A stretch of 64,000 nucleotides of DNA from an uncultured Clostridia bacterium (lineage in GTDB: Bacteria > Bacillota > Clostridia > Christensenellales > CAG-917). The notes beneath the pieces are model-generated. The model saw only the letters and a program-made list of their open reading frames with translations, was not told the DNA's origin and made no database searches. Every line of letters starts with the position of its first letter. Positions within the stretch are counted from its first letter, which is position 1. The translations under genes and the position numbers were made by a program. Of the stretch, positions 18,465 through 26,887 are shown piece by piece. Location: the NCBI GenBank assembly GCA_947625225.1, contig CANQNQ010000002.1:37397-101396 (forward strand), given 5' to 3'.

Positions 18465-19304
18465 ATGAAAGAGATCTTGGGGAAAACATTTGGGGAGGAG
18501 CGCGCGCTCTACGCCATAAAGGACGCGCGCGTAAAGGATTGCCGCTTCGAAGGCGTAGAGGACGGCGAATCTTTTTTGAAGGAATGCGAAAACGTCTCCG
18601 TTGAGGATTGCTATATGGACTTGCGCTATCCCATGTGGCACGCGCGCTCGCTGTCCATAAAGGGTGGCGAGATGACCTTGCGTTGCCGCGCGGCGCTGTG
18701 GTACGACAGCGCGGTCTCAATAGAGAGCTGCAAAATAGACGGCGTGAAGGCGCTGAGGGAGAGCAGGGATATTTCCATTGTAGCCTGCGACATCAACTCG
18801 CCGGAATTTTGCTGGCGCTGCAAAAACGTGAGCGTGCGCGGGGGCAGCGTTGAGGGCGAATACGCCTTTTTCGAGAGCGAAAACGTCAGCGTGGACGGTA
18901 TAAAGTTCAACGGCAAATACTCCTTCCAATATATCAAGGGGCTCAGCGTGACCAACAGCGTGCTAAAGACCAAGGACGCCTTTTGGCACACGCAGGGCGC
19001 GGTCATAAAGGATTGCGTGATAGACGGCGAGTATCTCGGCTGGTATTCGGACGGGCTGACGCTTATAAGGTGCCGTATAAAGGGGACTCAGCCGCTGTGC
19101 TACTGCACAAATCTTAAACTTATAGATTGTACCATGGAGGACTGTGACCTCTCCTTTGAGTACAGCGAAGTGGACGCGGATATAAAGGGCGCGGTGACGT
19201 CCGTCAAGAATCCGCTGAAGGGCAGGATAGTTGCGGACGGCTACGGCGAGATAATACTTAAAGACAGCAAGTATCCCTGCGAGGCGGAGATAGTCGTGAG
19301 ATGA
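18465..19304 (+). CDS. DUF3737 family beta-helix protein
   Basis: 'ERALY', 'DGESFLKE', 'LRYPMWH', 'TKDAFW', 'GEYLGW', 'QPLCY' and 'DLSFEYS...SVKNP'. Confidence 0.88.
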   Translation: MKEILGKTFGEERALYAIKDARVKDCRFEGVEDGESFLKECENVSVEDCYMDLRYPMWHARSLSIKGGEMTLRCRAALWYDSAVSIESCKIDGVKALRESRDISIVACDINSPEFCWRCKNVSVRGGSVEGEYAFFESENVSVDGIKFNGKYSFQYIKGLSVTNSVLKTKDAFWHTQGAVIKDCVIDGEYLGWYSDGLTLIRCRIKGTQPLCYCTNLKLIDCTMEDCDLSFEYSEVDADIKGAVTSVKNPLKGRIVADGYGEIILKDSKYPCEAEIVVR

Positions 19305-19394
19305 AATATATGCGAAATATCGCATACAGGTGCCACTTTTGATACGCATATAAGAAAAAAGCCGCGGTTGACCCGCGGCTTTTTCCATGCGCGC

Positions 19395-19574
19395 TTACTT
19401 GCAACCGCCGCCGCACATACAGGAGAGCAGCAATATAAGCCACACAATGTCGCAGCTGTTGACGTTCATGCCGCATCCGCAACCGCCGCCGCAGTTGTTG
19501 AGCAGAAGCATCAGGAGAATGAGGTCACAGCAGTTTGCGCCGCATCCGTTTGCGCCGTTAGAGAAAAAGTTCAT
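19395..19574 (-). CDS. Small Cys/Gly-rich hydrophobic protein (59 aa; not in the ORF track)
   Basis: GGAGG RBS; MNFFSNGANGCGANCCDLILLMLLLNNCGGGCGCGMNVNSCDIVWLILLLSCMCGGGCK; terminator hairpin directly downstream (~19354-19385). Confidence 0.8.
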   Translation of the reverse strand: MNFFSNGANGCGANCCDLILLMLLLNNCGGGCGCGMNVNSCDIVWLILLLSCMCGGGCK

Positions 19575-19680
19575 GGTATGTACCTCCGGATATATTAGGA
19601 TCGCTCCTACATTACCTTACGCGTTTTGAAAAAAATGTGTTACGGCGCATTGAAAACGGCGCAAGAAAATATATTTTGAT

Positions 19681-20145
19681 GTGGAGCAACTCAAGCGCAT
19701 GATCGGCATAGTCGCTGCGCTGTTCTGTACGCTTGTCGTGGCAGGGCTGTGCTCATATTGCTTCAAAATGGACCATGCGTGGTACAACGCGCTTTCAAAG
19801 CCGCAATTTTTGCTGTCCGGCGGGTGGTTTTCGCTGTTTGTGGGCGCAAGCTACCTGTCCTGCATACTGTCCGTAAGCCGCCTTGTGGAGTACAAACATC
19901 TGTTTCCGAGCATGCTGTTTTTCGTGCTGCTGGGAACGGGCTGCGTGCTGTTTGTGTGGAGTTTTTTCACATTGAAAAACATGCTTGCGGCATTGATATT
20001 TATGACGTTGGTGCTGGCGATGGCGTACACGCTGTTTTTGAGGTTTTTGACCAAGGAAGTGCGCCTCGCGCTTGAATTTTTGCCCACCTTGCTGTTTGAC
20101 ATCTACGCGTTTATAGTGGTGCTGTGCATCGTCATGGCAAACTGA
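19681..20145 (+). CDS. TspO/MBR-family membrane protein
   Basis: 'AWYNALSKPQF...WF' motif, about 5 TM helices, about 150 aa. Confidence 0.7.
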   Translation: MEQLKRMIGIVAALFCTLVVAGLCSYCFKMDHAWYNALSKPQFLLSGGWFSLFVGASYLSCILSVSRLVEYKHLFPSMLFFVLLGTGCVLFVWSFFTLKNMLAALIFMTLVLAMAYTLFLRFLTKEVRLALEFLPTLLFDIYAFIVVLCIVMAN

Positions 20146-20267
20146 AAATTTTGTACGCGCACACAATCAACTTTGTACTTGATAATACATTATAACTTTG
20201 GTATACTAAGTATAACGGTTGGAGGACGGCGGAACGCCGTCCGGCAAATGGATATTTTGGGTGTGAT

Positions 20268-21035
20268 ATGATAGTTACAATGGACATAGGCAACACAAAC
20301 GTCAAGTTCGGCGTGTTCGACGGGGACGCGCCCGTTGTCACGTGGCGTTTTTCCACAAAGGCGTCCCGTACGTCGGACGAGTACGGCTCGATATTGTCCG
20401 ACCTGCTTGCGCGCTCCGGCATCAAGGCGAGCGAAGTCGAGGCGGCGGTGCTGTCGTCGGTGGCGCCCGCGCTGAACTACACGCTGGAGCACACCTGCAA
20501 GGACTATCTTGGCGTGACGCCCGTGTGGGTGACTCCGTCTACGGACGTGGGGATAAAGGTGCGCTACGACAATCCGCGGGAGCTTGGTTCGGACAGGCTG
20601 GTCGCTGCTGCGGCGGCGTACATGTTGTACGGCGGGCCGGTCATAGTGGTGGACTTCGGCTCGGCGACGACGTTCAATCTGGTCAACAAAAAGGGCGAGT
20701 TCATCGGCGGCGCAATCGCTCCCGGCATAAAGACTGCGGCGGAATCGCTGGTGAATACCGCCGCTAAGCTGCCGCGCGTGGAGCTTGCCATGCCCGAAAG
20801 TATAGTCGGCAGAAGCACCACAGAGTGCATGCAGAGCGGCATAGTGTACGGCTATACGGGATTGGTGAAGTATATGCTGGAAAGCTACAGGGCGCTGGAC
20901 GAGATGGCGGGCGCAAAAGTCGTCGCCACGGGTGGTCTGTGCGAGCTGGTGGCGGATCAGTCGCTGTTTGACGTGATGGACAGGGCGCTGGCGCTCAAGG
21001 GGCTGAAGATGGCCTACGAGCGCAACAAAAAGTGA
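20268..21035 (+). CDS. coaX: Type III pantothenate kinase
   Basis: 'MDIGNTN', 'SSVAP', 'LGSDR', 'VDFGSATT', 'GGAIAPG' and 'VATGG'. Confidence 0.95.
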   Translation: MIVTMDIGNTNVKFGVFDGDAPVVTWRFSTKASRTSDEYGSILSDLLARSGIKASEVEAAVLSSVAPALNYTLEHTCKDYLGVTPVWVTPSTDVGIKVRYDNPRELGSDRLVAAAAAYMLYGGPVIVVDFGSATTFNLVNKKGEFIGGAIAPGIKTAAESLVNTAAKLPRVELAMPESIVGRSTTECMQSGIVYGYTGLVKYMLESYRALDEMAGAKVVATGGLCELVADQSLFDVMDRALALKGLKMAYERNKK

Positions 21036-21040
21036 GAATT

Positions 21041-22573
21041 ATGCAAAGGAAATTCAACCAATTTGATAGGGCGGCGGGGGTGTTGCTCAACATCTCGTCG
21101 TTGCCGAGCGAGTATGGCATAGGGTGCTTTTCGCGCGACGTAAACGCGTTTGCGGACCTGATCGCGGACATGGGCTTCCGCTATTGGCAGATACTGCCCA
21201 TCACCACGATAGGCATGGGCAATTCGCCATATTCGGGCATATCGTCCTTCGCGGGCAACAGGCTGTACATCTGCCCCAACGACCTCGAGGGGCTGCTCAG
21301 CGACGAGGAAGTCGCCGCGTGCAAGTACCACGGCGAGCCTTACAGGACGGACTACGAGTTTGCAAAACTCAATACAGGTCGCTATTTGAGGCTTGCTTTT
21401 TCGCGTATAACGCCTGAGGTGAGGGCGCGTATGGACGCTTTCCGCAGGGAGAACGCGGATTGGGTTGAGGATTACGCGCTGTTTATGGCGCTGGCGGCGG
21501 ACTACTCCACGGCGTGGTGGAAGTGGGAGGACGGACTAAAGTTCAGGCGCCCCGACGCGCTTGAAAAGGCGCGCGCGCAATACGCCGAGGATATAGACTT
21601 CTACGTGTTTGAACAATATCAGTTTTTCCGCCAATGGACGAGGCTCAAGTCGGAGGTAAACCGCAGGGGTGTGTCCGTCATAGGTGACTTGCCGTTTTAT
21701 GTGGCGACGGATAGCGTGGACGTGTGGGCAAACGCGGACAAATTTCAGCTTGACGAGAAGCTGCTGCCCAAGGCGATCGCGGGCGTGCCGCCGGATCTGT
21801 TTGCGGCAAACGGACAGGTGTGGGGCAATTGCCTCTACGACTTCGAGGCGATGAAGGCGGATGATTATAGTTGGTGGCGGCGTCGCATCTCGCATTGCCT
21901 GAAGATGTATGACGCGTTGAGGCTGGATCATTTCAGGGCATTTTACAACTATTTTTCCATCCCCGCGTGCGATTACAACACCGCCAAAAACGGGCATTGG
22001 GAGCCGGGACCTGCGGACAGCTTGCTCGACCTCGTGCGGCATGACAACCCCGACGCGCTGTTCATTGCGGAGGACCTGGGGCTTATAGACGAGGATTGCC
22101 GCCGCTATATCGATTCGACGGGCTTGCCTACAATGCGCGTGTTCCAATTCGGTTTTGACGGCACGCCAAGCGGCCACATTCCCTTCAGATACGAGGTGAA
22201 CACGGTGGCGTACTCCGGCACGCACGACAACAACACCACGCTGGGCTGGCTGTACGAGCTTAACGAAGGCGCGCGCGACTACGTGCTGAAATATTGCGGC
22301 TTCACGGGCGCGGGCTGGGGCGCGGGCGGACCGGACTCCAAATCCATGCATGCGATAATCAAGGTGCTGATGATGTCGTCGTCCTCGCTGGTGGTGTTGC
22401 CTTTTCAGGATATGCTGGGCTACGGCGGCGATACACGCATGAACATTCCCGGGGTGCCCGAAGGCAATTGGGAGTACCGCTTGCCTTACCACCTGATGGC
22501 GACCGTGGACAGGGACTTTTTCCTCGACCTCAACAAGACCTACGGCAGAATTGGCGGGGGAGTGAGAAGATGA
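21041..22573 (+). CDS. malQ: 4-alpha-glucanotransferase (amylomaltase, GH77)
   Basis: 'WQILP', 'SPYS', 'GDLPFYV', 'GVPPDLF...GQVWGN', 'RLDHFRAF', 'AEDLG', 'GTHDNNT' and 'RMNIPG'. Confidence 0.96.
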   Translation: MQRKFNQFDRAAGVLLNISSLPSEYGIGCFSRDVNAFADLIADMGFRYWQILPITTIGMGNSPYSGISSFAGNRLYICPNDLEGLLSDEEVAACKYHGEPYRTDYEFAKLNTGRYLRLAFSRITPEVRARMDAFRRENADWVEDYALFMALAADYSTAWWKWEDGLKFRRPDALEKARAQYAEDIDFYVFEQYQFFRQWTRLKSEVNRRGVSVIGDLPFYVATDSVDVWANADKFQLDEKLLPKAIAGVPPDLFAANGQVWGNCLYDFEAMKADDYSWWRRRISHCLKMYDALRLDHFRAFYNYFSIPACDYNTAKNGHWEPGPADSLLDLVRHDNPDALFIAEDLGLIDEDCRRYIDSTGLPTMRVFQFGFDGTPSGHIPFRYEVNTVAYSGTHDNNTTLGWLYELNEGARDYVLKYCGFTGAGWGAGGPDSKSMHAIIKVLMMSSSSLVVLPFQDMLGYGGDTRMNIPGVPEGNWEYRLPYHLMATVDRDFFLDLNKTYGRIGGGVRR

Positions 22574-23061
22574 TATTGTTTTTTGTGCGTGCGGATGTGG
22601 ACAGCGACAGATTTGTCAAACATTGCTACGCCCATTACCGCGACATAATGCGCCAATACAACCCTAATTTGCCACCTCAGGTGCGCATTTTGCGTGAGGA
22701 AGGCAAAAAACCGAGGCTGGATACGGACGAGGCGTACTTCAATTTGTCCCACTCCCACGGGCTGAGCGTGTTGGCTATATCCCACGCGCCTATAGGCGTT
22801 GACGTGGAGATGGTGCGCCCCATAGACTTTGCCAAGTTCGACTTCATCTCGGCAGAGAACGAGCAGGATTTCTTTGAACAATGGACGCAGCGCGAAAGCT
22901 ACGTCAAGTTTACGGGCGAGGGGCTTGGCGCCATGCGCAAACAGCCGCCCGCCGACGCGCACTTCGAGCATTTTGATGTGTTTGACGGCTATCACGTGTG
23001 CGTGTGCGCAGAGGAGCAGAACGTAACCGCGTACGAGATGAACGCGGAGGATATAGATTGA
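22570..23061 (+). CDS. Sfp-type 4'-phosphopantetheinyl transferase
   Basis: 'GKKP', 'FNLSHS', 'IGVDVE' and 'WTQRESYVKFTGEGL'; ATGA overlap with malQ. Confidence 0.88.
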   Translation: MILFFVRADVDSDRFVKHCYAHYRDIMRQYNPNLPPQVRILREEGKKPRLDTDEAYFNLSHSHGLSVLAISHAPIGVDVEMVRPIDFAKFDFISAENEQDFFEQWTQRESYVKFTGEGLGAMRKQPPADAHFEHFDVFDGYHVCVCAEEQNVTAYEMNAEDID

Positions 23062-23094
23062 TATTGCGCCGCAAATGCGGCAAAGGAGTATATT

Positions 23095-23328
23095 ATGGTT
23101 TTTGAAAAATTGAAGGACTTGATTGTCAAACAAATGGGCGTCGATCGCGACAGCATAACGCTTGACAGCGACATCTTTGACGACATTGGCGCGGACAGCC
23201 TGGACATCGTGGAGATGCTGATGGACGTGGAAAGCCAGTGGAACATAGTCGTCGACGACAGCGAGATCTTGGGCTTCCGCACAGTGGGCGACGTGGTGAA
23301 GTTGGTGGAACAAAAAATTGCCAAGTGA
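23095..23328 (+). CDS. acpP: Acyl carrier protein
   Basis: 'DDIGADSLDIVEMLM' phosphopantetheine serine; 77 aa, acidic. Confidence 0.93.
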   Translation: MVFEKLKDLIVKQMGVDRDSITLDSDIFDDIGADSLDIVEMLMDVESQWNIVVDDSEILGFRTVGDVVKLVEQKIAK

Positions 23329-23390
23329 GCGCAATTCTATATCAAAGGAACAAGGATAGGTAAAATCTTGCCTATTCGAAATTTTGTAGT

Positions 23391-23420
23391 TAAAAACCTG
23401 CTTTTTCAAGCAGGTTTTTA
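23391..23420. terminator. Bidirectional terminator acpP/clc
   Basis: TAAAAACCTGCTT-tttc-AAGCAGGTTTTTA. Confidence 0.8.
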
Positions 23421-23433
23421 TGTTGTTTTAAGT

Positions 23434-25098
23434 TTAGTCGGTTGAATTGGCGCTCTCGTCTTTTTGGGAAGCGTCATATTTGTATTCGGGCGCGGAAATG
23501 TCCTTGCGCGGGCGGTCGCCGACTATTTGAGCTATGTCGTCTTCCACGACGCGCTTGTCGGAGGTCTGCGCCTTTATGTGCAATATGTCGCCGCTTTCCA
23601 GTTCGGTCTCGGAGGATGGGACTACGGCCTTGCCATCGCGCTCAAGCAGCACCACCGTCATGTCGCTCGGCCAGATTATGTCGCGTATCTCGCGTCCGTC
23701 CGCATGCGAGCCGCGGCGAACTTTGGCGGTGAATTGGTGGATTGAGGGTTCGTTCTCGTCAAGCATCCACTCAAGGATGAGGTCGTAAAGCGGCTTGTGA
23801 CGGAACAGCTCGCTGACAAAGTAGCCTATCAGCACGCCTATTATCACGGGTATAAGCAGGGTGAATTGCCACGTGAACTCGATCACCATCACTATCGCTG
23901 TCAGCGGCGCCTTGACGGTGGAGGCGAATATGGTCGCCATGCATATAAGCACGATGGCGTCCGCGTATGCTTTGTCCATGCCCATCATTATGCACAGTTG
24001 CGCCATAAACGCGCCTACGCACGCGCCCAGCGCGATTATTGGGACAAAGATGCCTGCGGGGAGCTGCGCGCCAATGTTTAGGCACAGCGAAATGACGCGC
24101 AAAACTATCAATATCGCCAACGTCGCAAGCAGTGGAGCGCCGAATATGCCGCCGAGGGTCATCTCCTCCGCGCCGCCGTCCGTGCCCAGAGCCTCGATGA
24201 GGGAGTGACCACCGCCCGTGGCAAATACGCTTATAAGCCCCACCGCGCCCGCAAACAGCAGCGGAATGAGGACTTTTACAAAGCCGCGCAGGGCGGTCAT
24301 TTTGGAGAACATCCGTCCGCTCAAAGAGGACAATTTGTATATCGCAATGCCCAAAAACGCGCATACTATGGCCGCCAAAACAACATACAGGTATGCATTT
24401 ATGGGCAGATCCACCACTTTGAAGTCGTGGAACGCCGCGCCCGTGCTCAGCTTCAGCGCGCCGCGGAGCAGGTTGCGGGTGACCACCGCGCCTATGACGG
24501 AAGCAAAGGTGGTGATCACAAGCGGCGGAGTGAAGCGCCTGTGCGCCTCTTCAAGCGCGAACAGTACGCCGGTTATGGGAGCGTTGGACGCCACCGCCAC
24601 GCCAGCGCTTGCGCCCGCCGATATATAAAGGCGCCTCTCCATGTCGGGACGGCGAAGCAATGTGCCCGCTCCGTCCGAAGTCATCGCGCCGATAAGCATG
24701 GATGGGCCCTCCGCGCCCGCCGTAACGCCCATAAACATGACAAACAGCGAGGAAGCCGCCATCGCGGGCAGCACCTTGTACCACTTCATGCGCAGCATAC
24801 CCCTGGATGCGCCCTCGGCTTGCGGCACGCCGTTGCCCCTTATCATCGGCACGAAGTACATCGCGACGCTCAGCAAAAACGCGCCCGCCGCCAGCACGAC
24901 GAACAGCAGGGGGATGAACGCGGGATTTTCGCGGATGTAGATATACAGTTCGCCGGAATATTCGCTTATTATGTCCGCAGCTATGTTAAAAAATGTTACC
25001 ACCACGCCCGTCAGCACGCCCGTCAGCAATCCCATTGCCAACAGTTGCGCGGCGCTTTTGAGCGCGTTGAGTTTGCTTTTGTCCGCTTTGATTTCCAT
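23434..25098 (-). CDS. ClC-family H+/Cl- transporter with C-terminal TrkA-C domain
   Basis: 'GNGVPQ', 'GAEGPS', 'NAPITG', 'PAGIFVP', 'VKAPLTA' and 'PLYD'; C-terminal 'ELESGDILHI'. Confidence 0.88.
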   Translation of the reverse strand: MEIKADKSKLNALKSAAQLLAMGLLTGVLTGVVVTFFNIAADIISEYSGELYIYIRENPAFIPLLFVVLAAGAFLLSVAMYFVPMIRGNGVPQAEGASRGMLRMKWYKVLPAMAASSLFVMFMGVTAGAEGPSMLIGAMTSDGAGTLLRRPDMERRLYISAGASAGVAVASNAPITGVLFALEEAHRRFTPPLVITTFASVIGAVVTRNLLRGALKLSTGAAFHDFKVVDLPINAYLYVVLAAIVCAFLGIAIYKLSSLSGRMFSKMTALRGFVKVLIPLLFAGAVGLISVFATGGGHSLIEALGTDGGAEEMTLGGIFGAPLLATLAILIVLRVISLCLNIGAQLPAGIFVPIIALGACVGAFMAQLCIMMGMDKAYADAIVLICMATIFASTVKAPLTAIVMVIEFTWQFTLLIPVIIGVLIGYFVSELFRHKPLYDLILEWMLDENEPSIHQFTAKVRRGSHADGREIRDIIWPSDMTVVLLERDGKAVVPSSETELESGDILHIKAQTSDKRVVEDDIAQIVGDRPRKDISAPEYKYDASQKDESANSTD

Positions 25099-25186
25099 AT
25101 ATACCTCGAAGTGTCAGCGCCGCGGAAAAGCGGCTTTGCGGGTTGTGAATTTATGACAAAATTGCCACCTGTATTGAGTTTTCAGC

Positions 25187-26158
25187 TCATTTTGTGTACA
25201 TGTCAAGAGTTTTTTGCAATGTTTCTATAACTTTTTGCCTTAAAGTCGGCGGGGACAGCACCTCGACGTTGGCGTTGTATTGCAGCGCCCAAAACAGCAT
25301 CGCCTGTTCGCTTGCCTTGACGGTGACGATTATGTGGTCGTCCTGCTTTTTCACCGTGTAGTCCCTGCCAAACCAGTCCGCCAGCGCGTCCGTCATAAAC
25401 AGCGGGCACTTCATCGTCACAGGGCAGGGCTTGTCGCTGTACATATAGGGCATGGATGTCGCTATCGTGCGATAGTTGATCCCGCGCGCGTAGCCGGGAT
25501 TGGATTTTAGCGGCACCGCTTCCTCGTCCAGAAGGCGCATTTTGGTGATCTTGTCCATGCGGTAGAATCCAACTTTGCCGTATTTGTCGTCGCGCAACAT
25601 CAGGTAGTAGCGTTGGTTGTGCAGCAGCATCTGATAAGGGGAGGCGACGTGGCTGTCCGACTTGTGCAATTTTTTGTCAGCGCCCACGCGATTGTAGTCA
25701 AAGGCTATCTTTTTGCCGCTTTCTATCGCCTCGTCCGCCAGCTCGATGTTCAGGAAAAAGTCCCTGTTTTCGGACTTTTCCCAATCCTTGACGGAGTAGA
25801 CGTGGCGCACATGATTTTTGAAATCGCGGCCGCCAAGCGAGATCAGCTTGTTTATCAGCTGCTCGGAATGCGCGGAATTGATGTGCCGCGCGCTCAGTAC
25901 GCTGTCTATAAGCAGGCGCAGTTCGGAGTTTTCAAGCGGGCGGGAGGCGAGATAGGAGCCGTAACGCGTGCTCTCTATGTCGTAGCCCATCTCTTTAAGG
26001 CAGGAGATGTTGCGCCCTATCGCCTTGCGCTCGCATTCGGCACCGTATTCCTTGTCGAGATACTCGATGATGTCCTGTTGCGTGAGAGGGTGCTCGGCGT
26101 CGGAATGCTTGTCGAGTATCTGATATATGCGCATAAGCAGCGTCTTTTTTGTTTCCAT
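25187..26158 (-). CDS. wHTH-WYL-WCX transcriptional regulator
   Basis: N-terminal wHTH 'HSDAEHPLTQQDI...ERKAIGRNI'; WYL 'SPYQMLLHNQRYYL...FYRMDKI'; WCX 'WALQY...VEVLSPPTLR'. Confidence 0.92.
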   Translation of the reverse strand: METKKTLLMRIYQILDKHSDAEHPLTQQDIIEYLDKEYGAECERKAIGRNISCLKEMGYDIESTRYGSYLASRPLENSELRLLIDSVLSARHINSAHSEQLINKLISLGGRDFKNHVRHVYSVKDWEKSENRDFFLNIELADEAIESGKKIAFDYNRVGADKKLHKSDSHVASPYQMLLHNQRYYLMLRDDKYGKVGFYRMDKITKMRLLDEEAVPLKSNPGYARGINYRTIATSMPYMYSDKPCPVTMKCPLFMTDALADWFGRDYTVKKQDDHIIVTVKASEQAMLFWALQYNANVEVLSPPTLRQKVIETLQKTLDMYTK

Positions 26159-26251
26159 ATGTCCTCCTTTGCGCCTTCCTCGCGCATATGACGGCAGCGG
26201 AACAGGCGCAATTGCGACTTTTTTTGAAATTTTTTGAAAAAAGTTTTCAAA

Positions 26252-26269
26252 TGTACCGTTTTCGGGACA
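26252..26269. promoter_or_regulatory. Imperfect inverted repeat, candidate WYL-regulator operator
   Basis: TGTACCG-TTTT-CGGGACA between the divergent WYL gene and a small ORF, just upstream of -10-like TACGCT/TAAAAT. Confidence 0.5.
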
Positions 26270-26361
26270 TATTATACGCTAAAATGAAATTGAAATCAAG
26301 GGGAAATGAAAATTTCCTCCCAAAAAACAAAAAAATTGCCGCAAGGCGCAAAGGAGTCAAT

Positions 26362-26475
26362 ATGAATATCAGCATTTCACGCATCAGCAAAGGCGACCAA
26401 GTTTGCAACTCGTCCGTGGCGACCGCCGCAGACGGCAGCCTAATCAGCGTCAGGATGAGCATAATCCATCGCTGA
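26362..26475 (+). CDS. Small ORF (37 aa) divergent from the WYL gene
   Basis: AAGGAG RBS at 26351; MNISISRISKGDQVCNSSVATAADGSLISVRMSIIHR. Confidence 0.4.
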   Translation: MNISISRISKGDQVCNSSVATAADGSLISVRMSIIHR

Positions 26476-26635
26476 CCGACCCCGCTCCCATAACCCATTG
26501 CTTCGGATGAAAACTAAAAGCACGCAGGATAAAGCTGGAAAATACAAAAGATAAACTATTTCTGAGCATAAATTGCGCGCTGTTGTCATCAAGAAGTAAG
26601 TTGTTTGCCGGAAGTTGTTTGTTTCTCTCTCCTAT

Positions 26636-26674
26636 GTCAAGCGCCACGCTATTTGCGCGGCGCTTGACTTTTTT
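26636..26674 (+). terminator. Intrinsic terminator on + strand
   Basis: GTCAAGCGCC...GGCGCTTGAC plus T6. Confidence 0.65.
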
Positions 26675-26887
26675 GCAAATTTTACAAAATCATAAATGAA
26701 AAACGCAATAGACATAAATAATAGAAAGAATATTTAATCATAATATATGGAAATATTTCAAATATGGAAATGTTTCAAACGAGCGCCGAGCTGAGGACAG
26801 GCGCGGCTTTGAACAGCTATATGTTTTAATCATAAAAAATGCAGTCGGGCGACTGCATTTTTTGGTGAAAATTATATTCAGCGTAAA

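Larger units (their letters stand above)
6692..25179. repeat. Dispersed array of the motif (AAAA)ACTCAATACAGGT(T/G)GCAATTTT, about 13 copies
   Basis: Exact CAATACAGGT at 6692(-), 10091, 12192, 14173, 15354, 16669, 18372, 21370 and 25167(-); 1-2 mismatch copies at 8910(-), 14196(-), 19322 and 24383. Confidence 0.9.
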
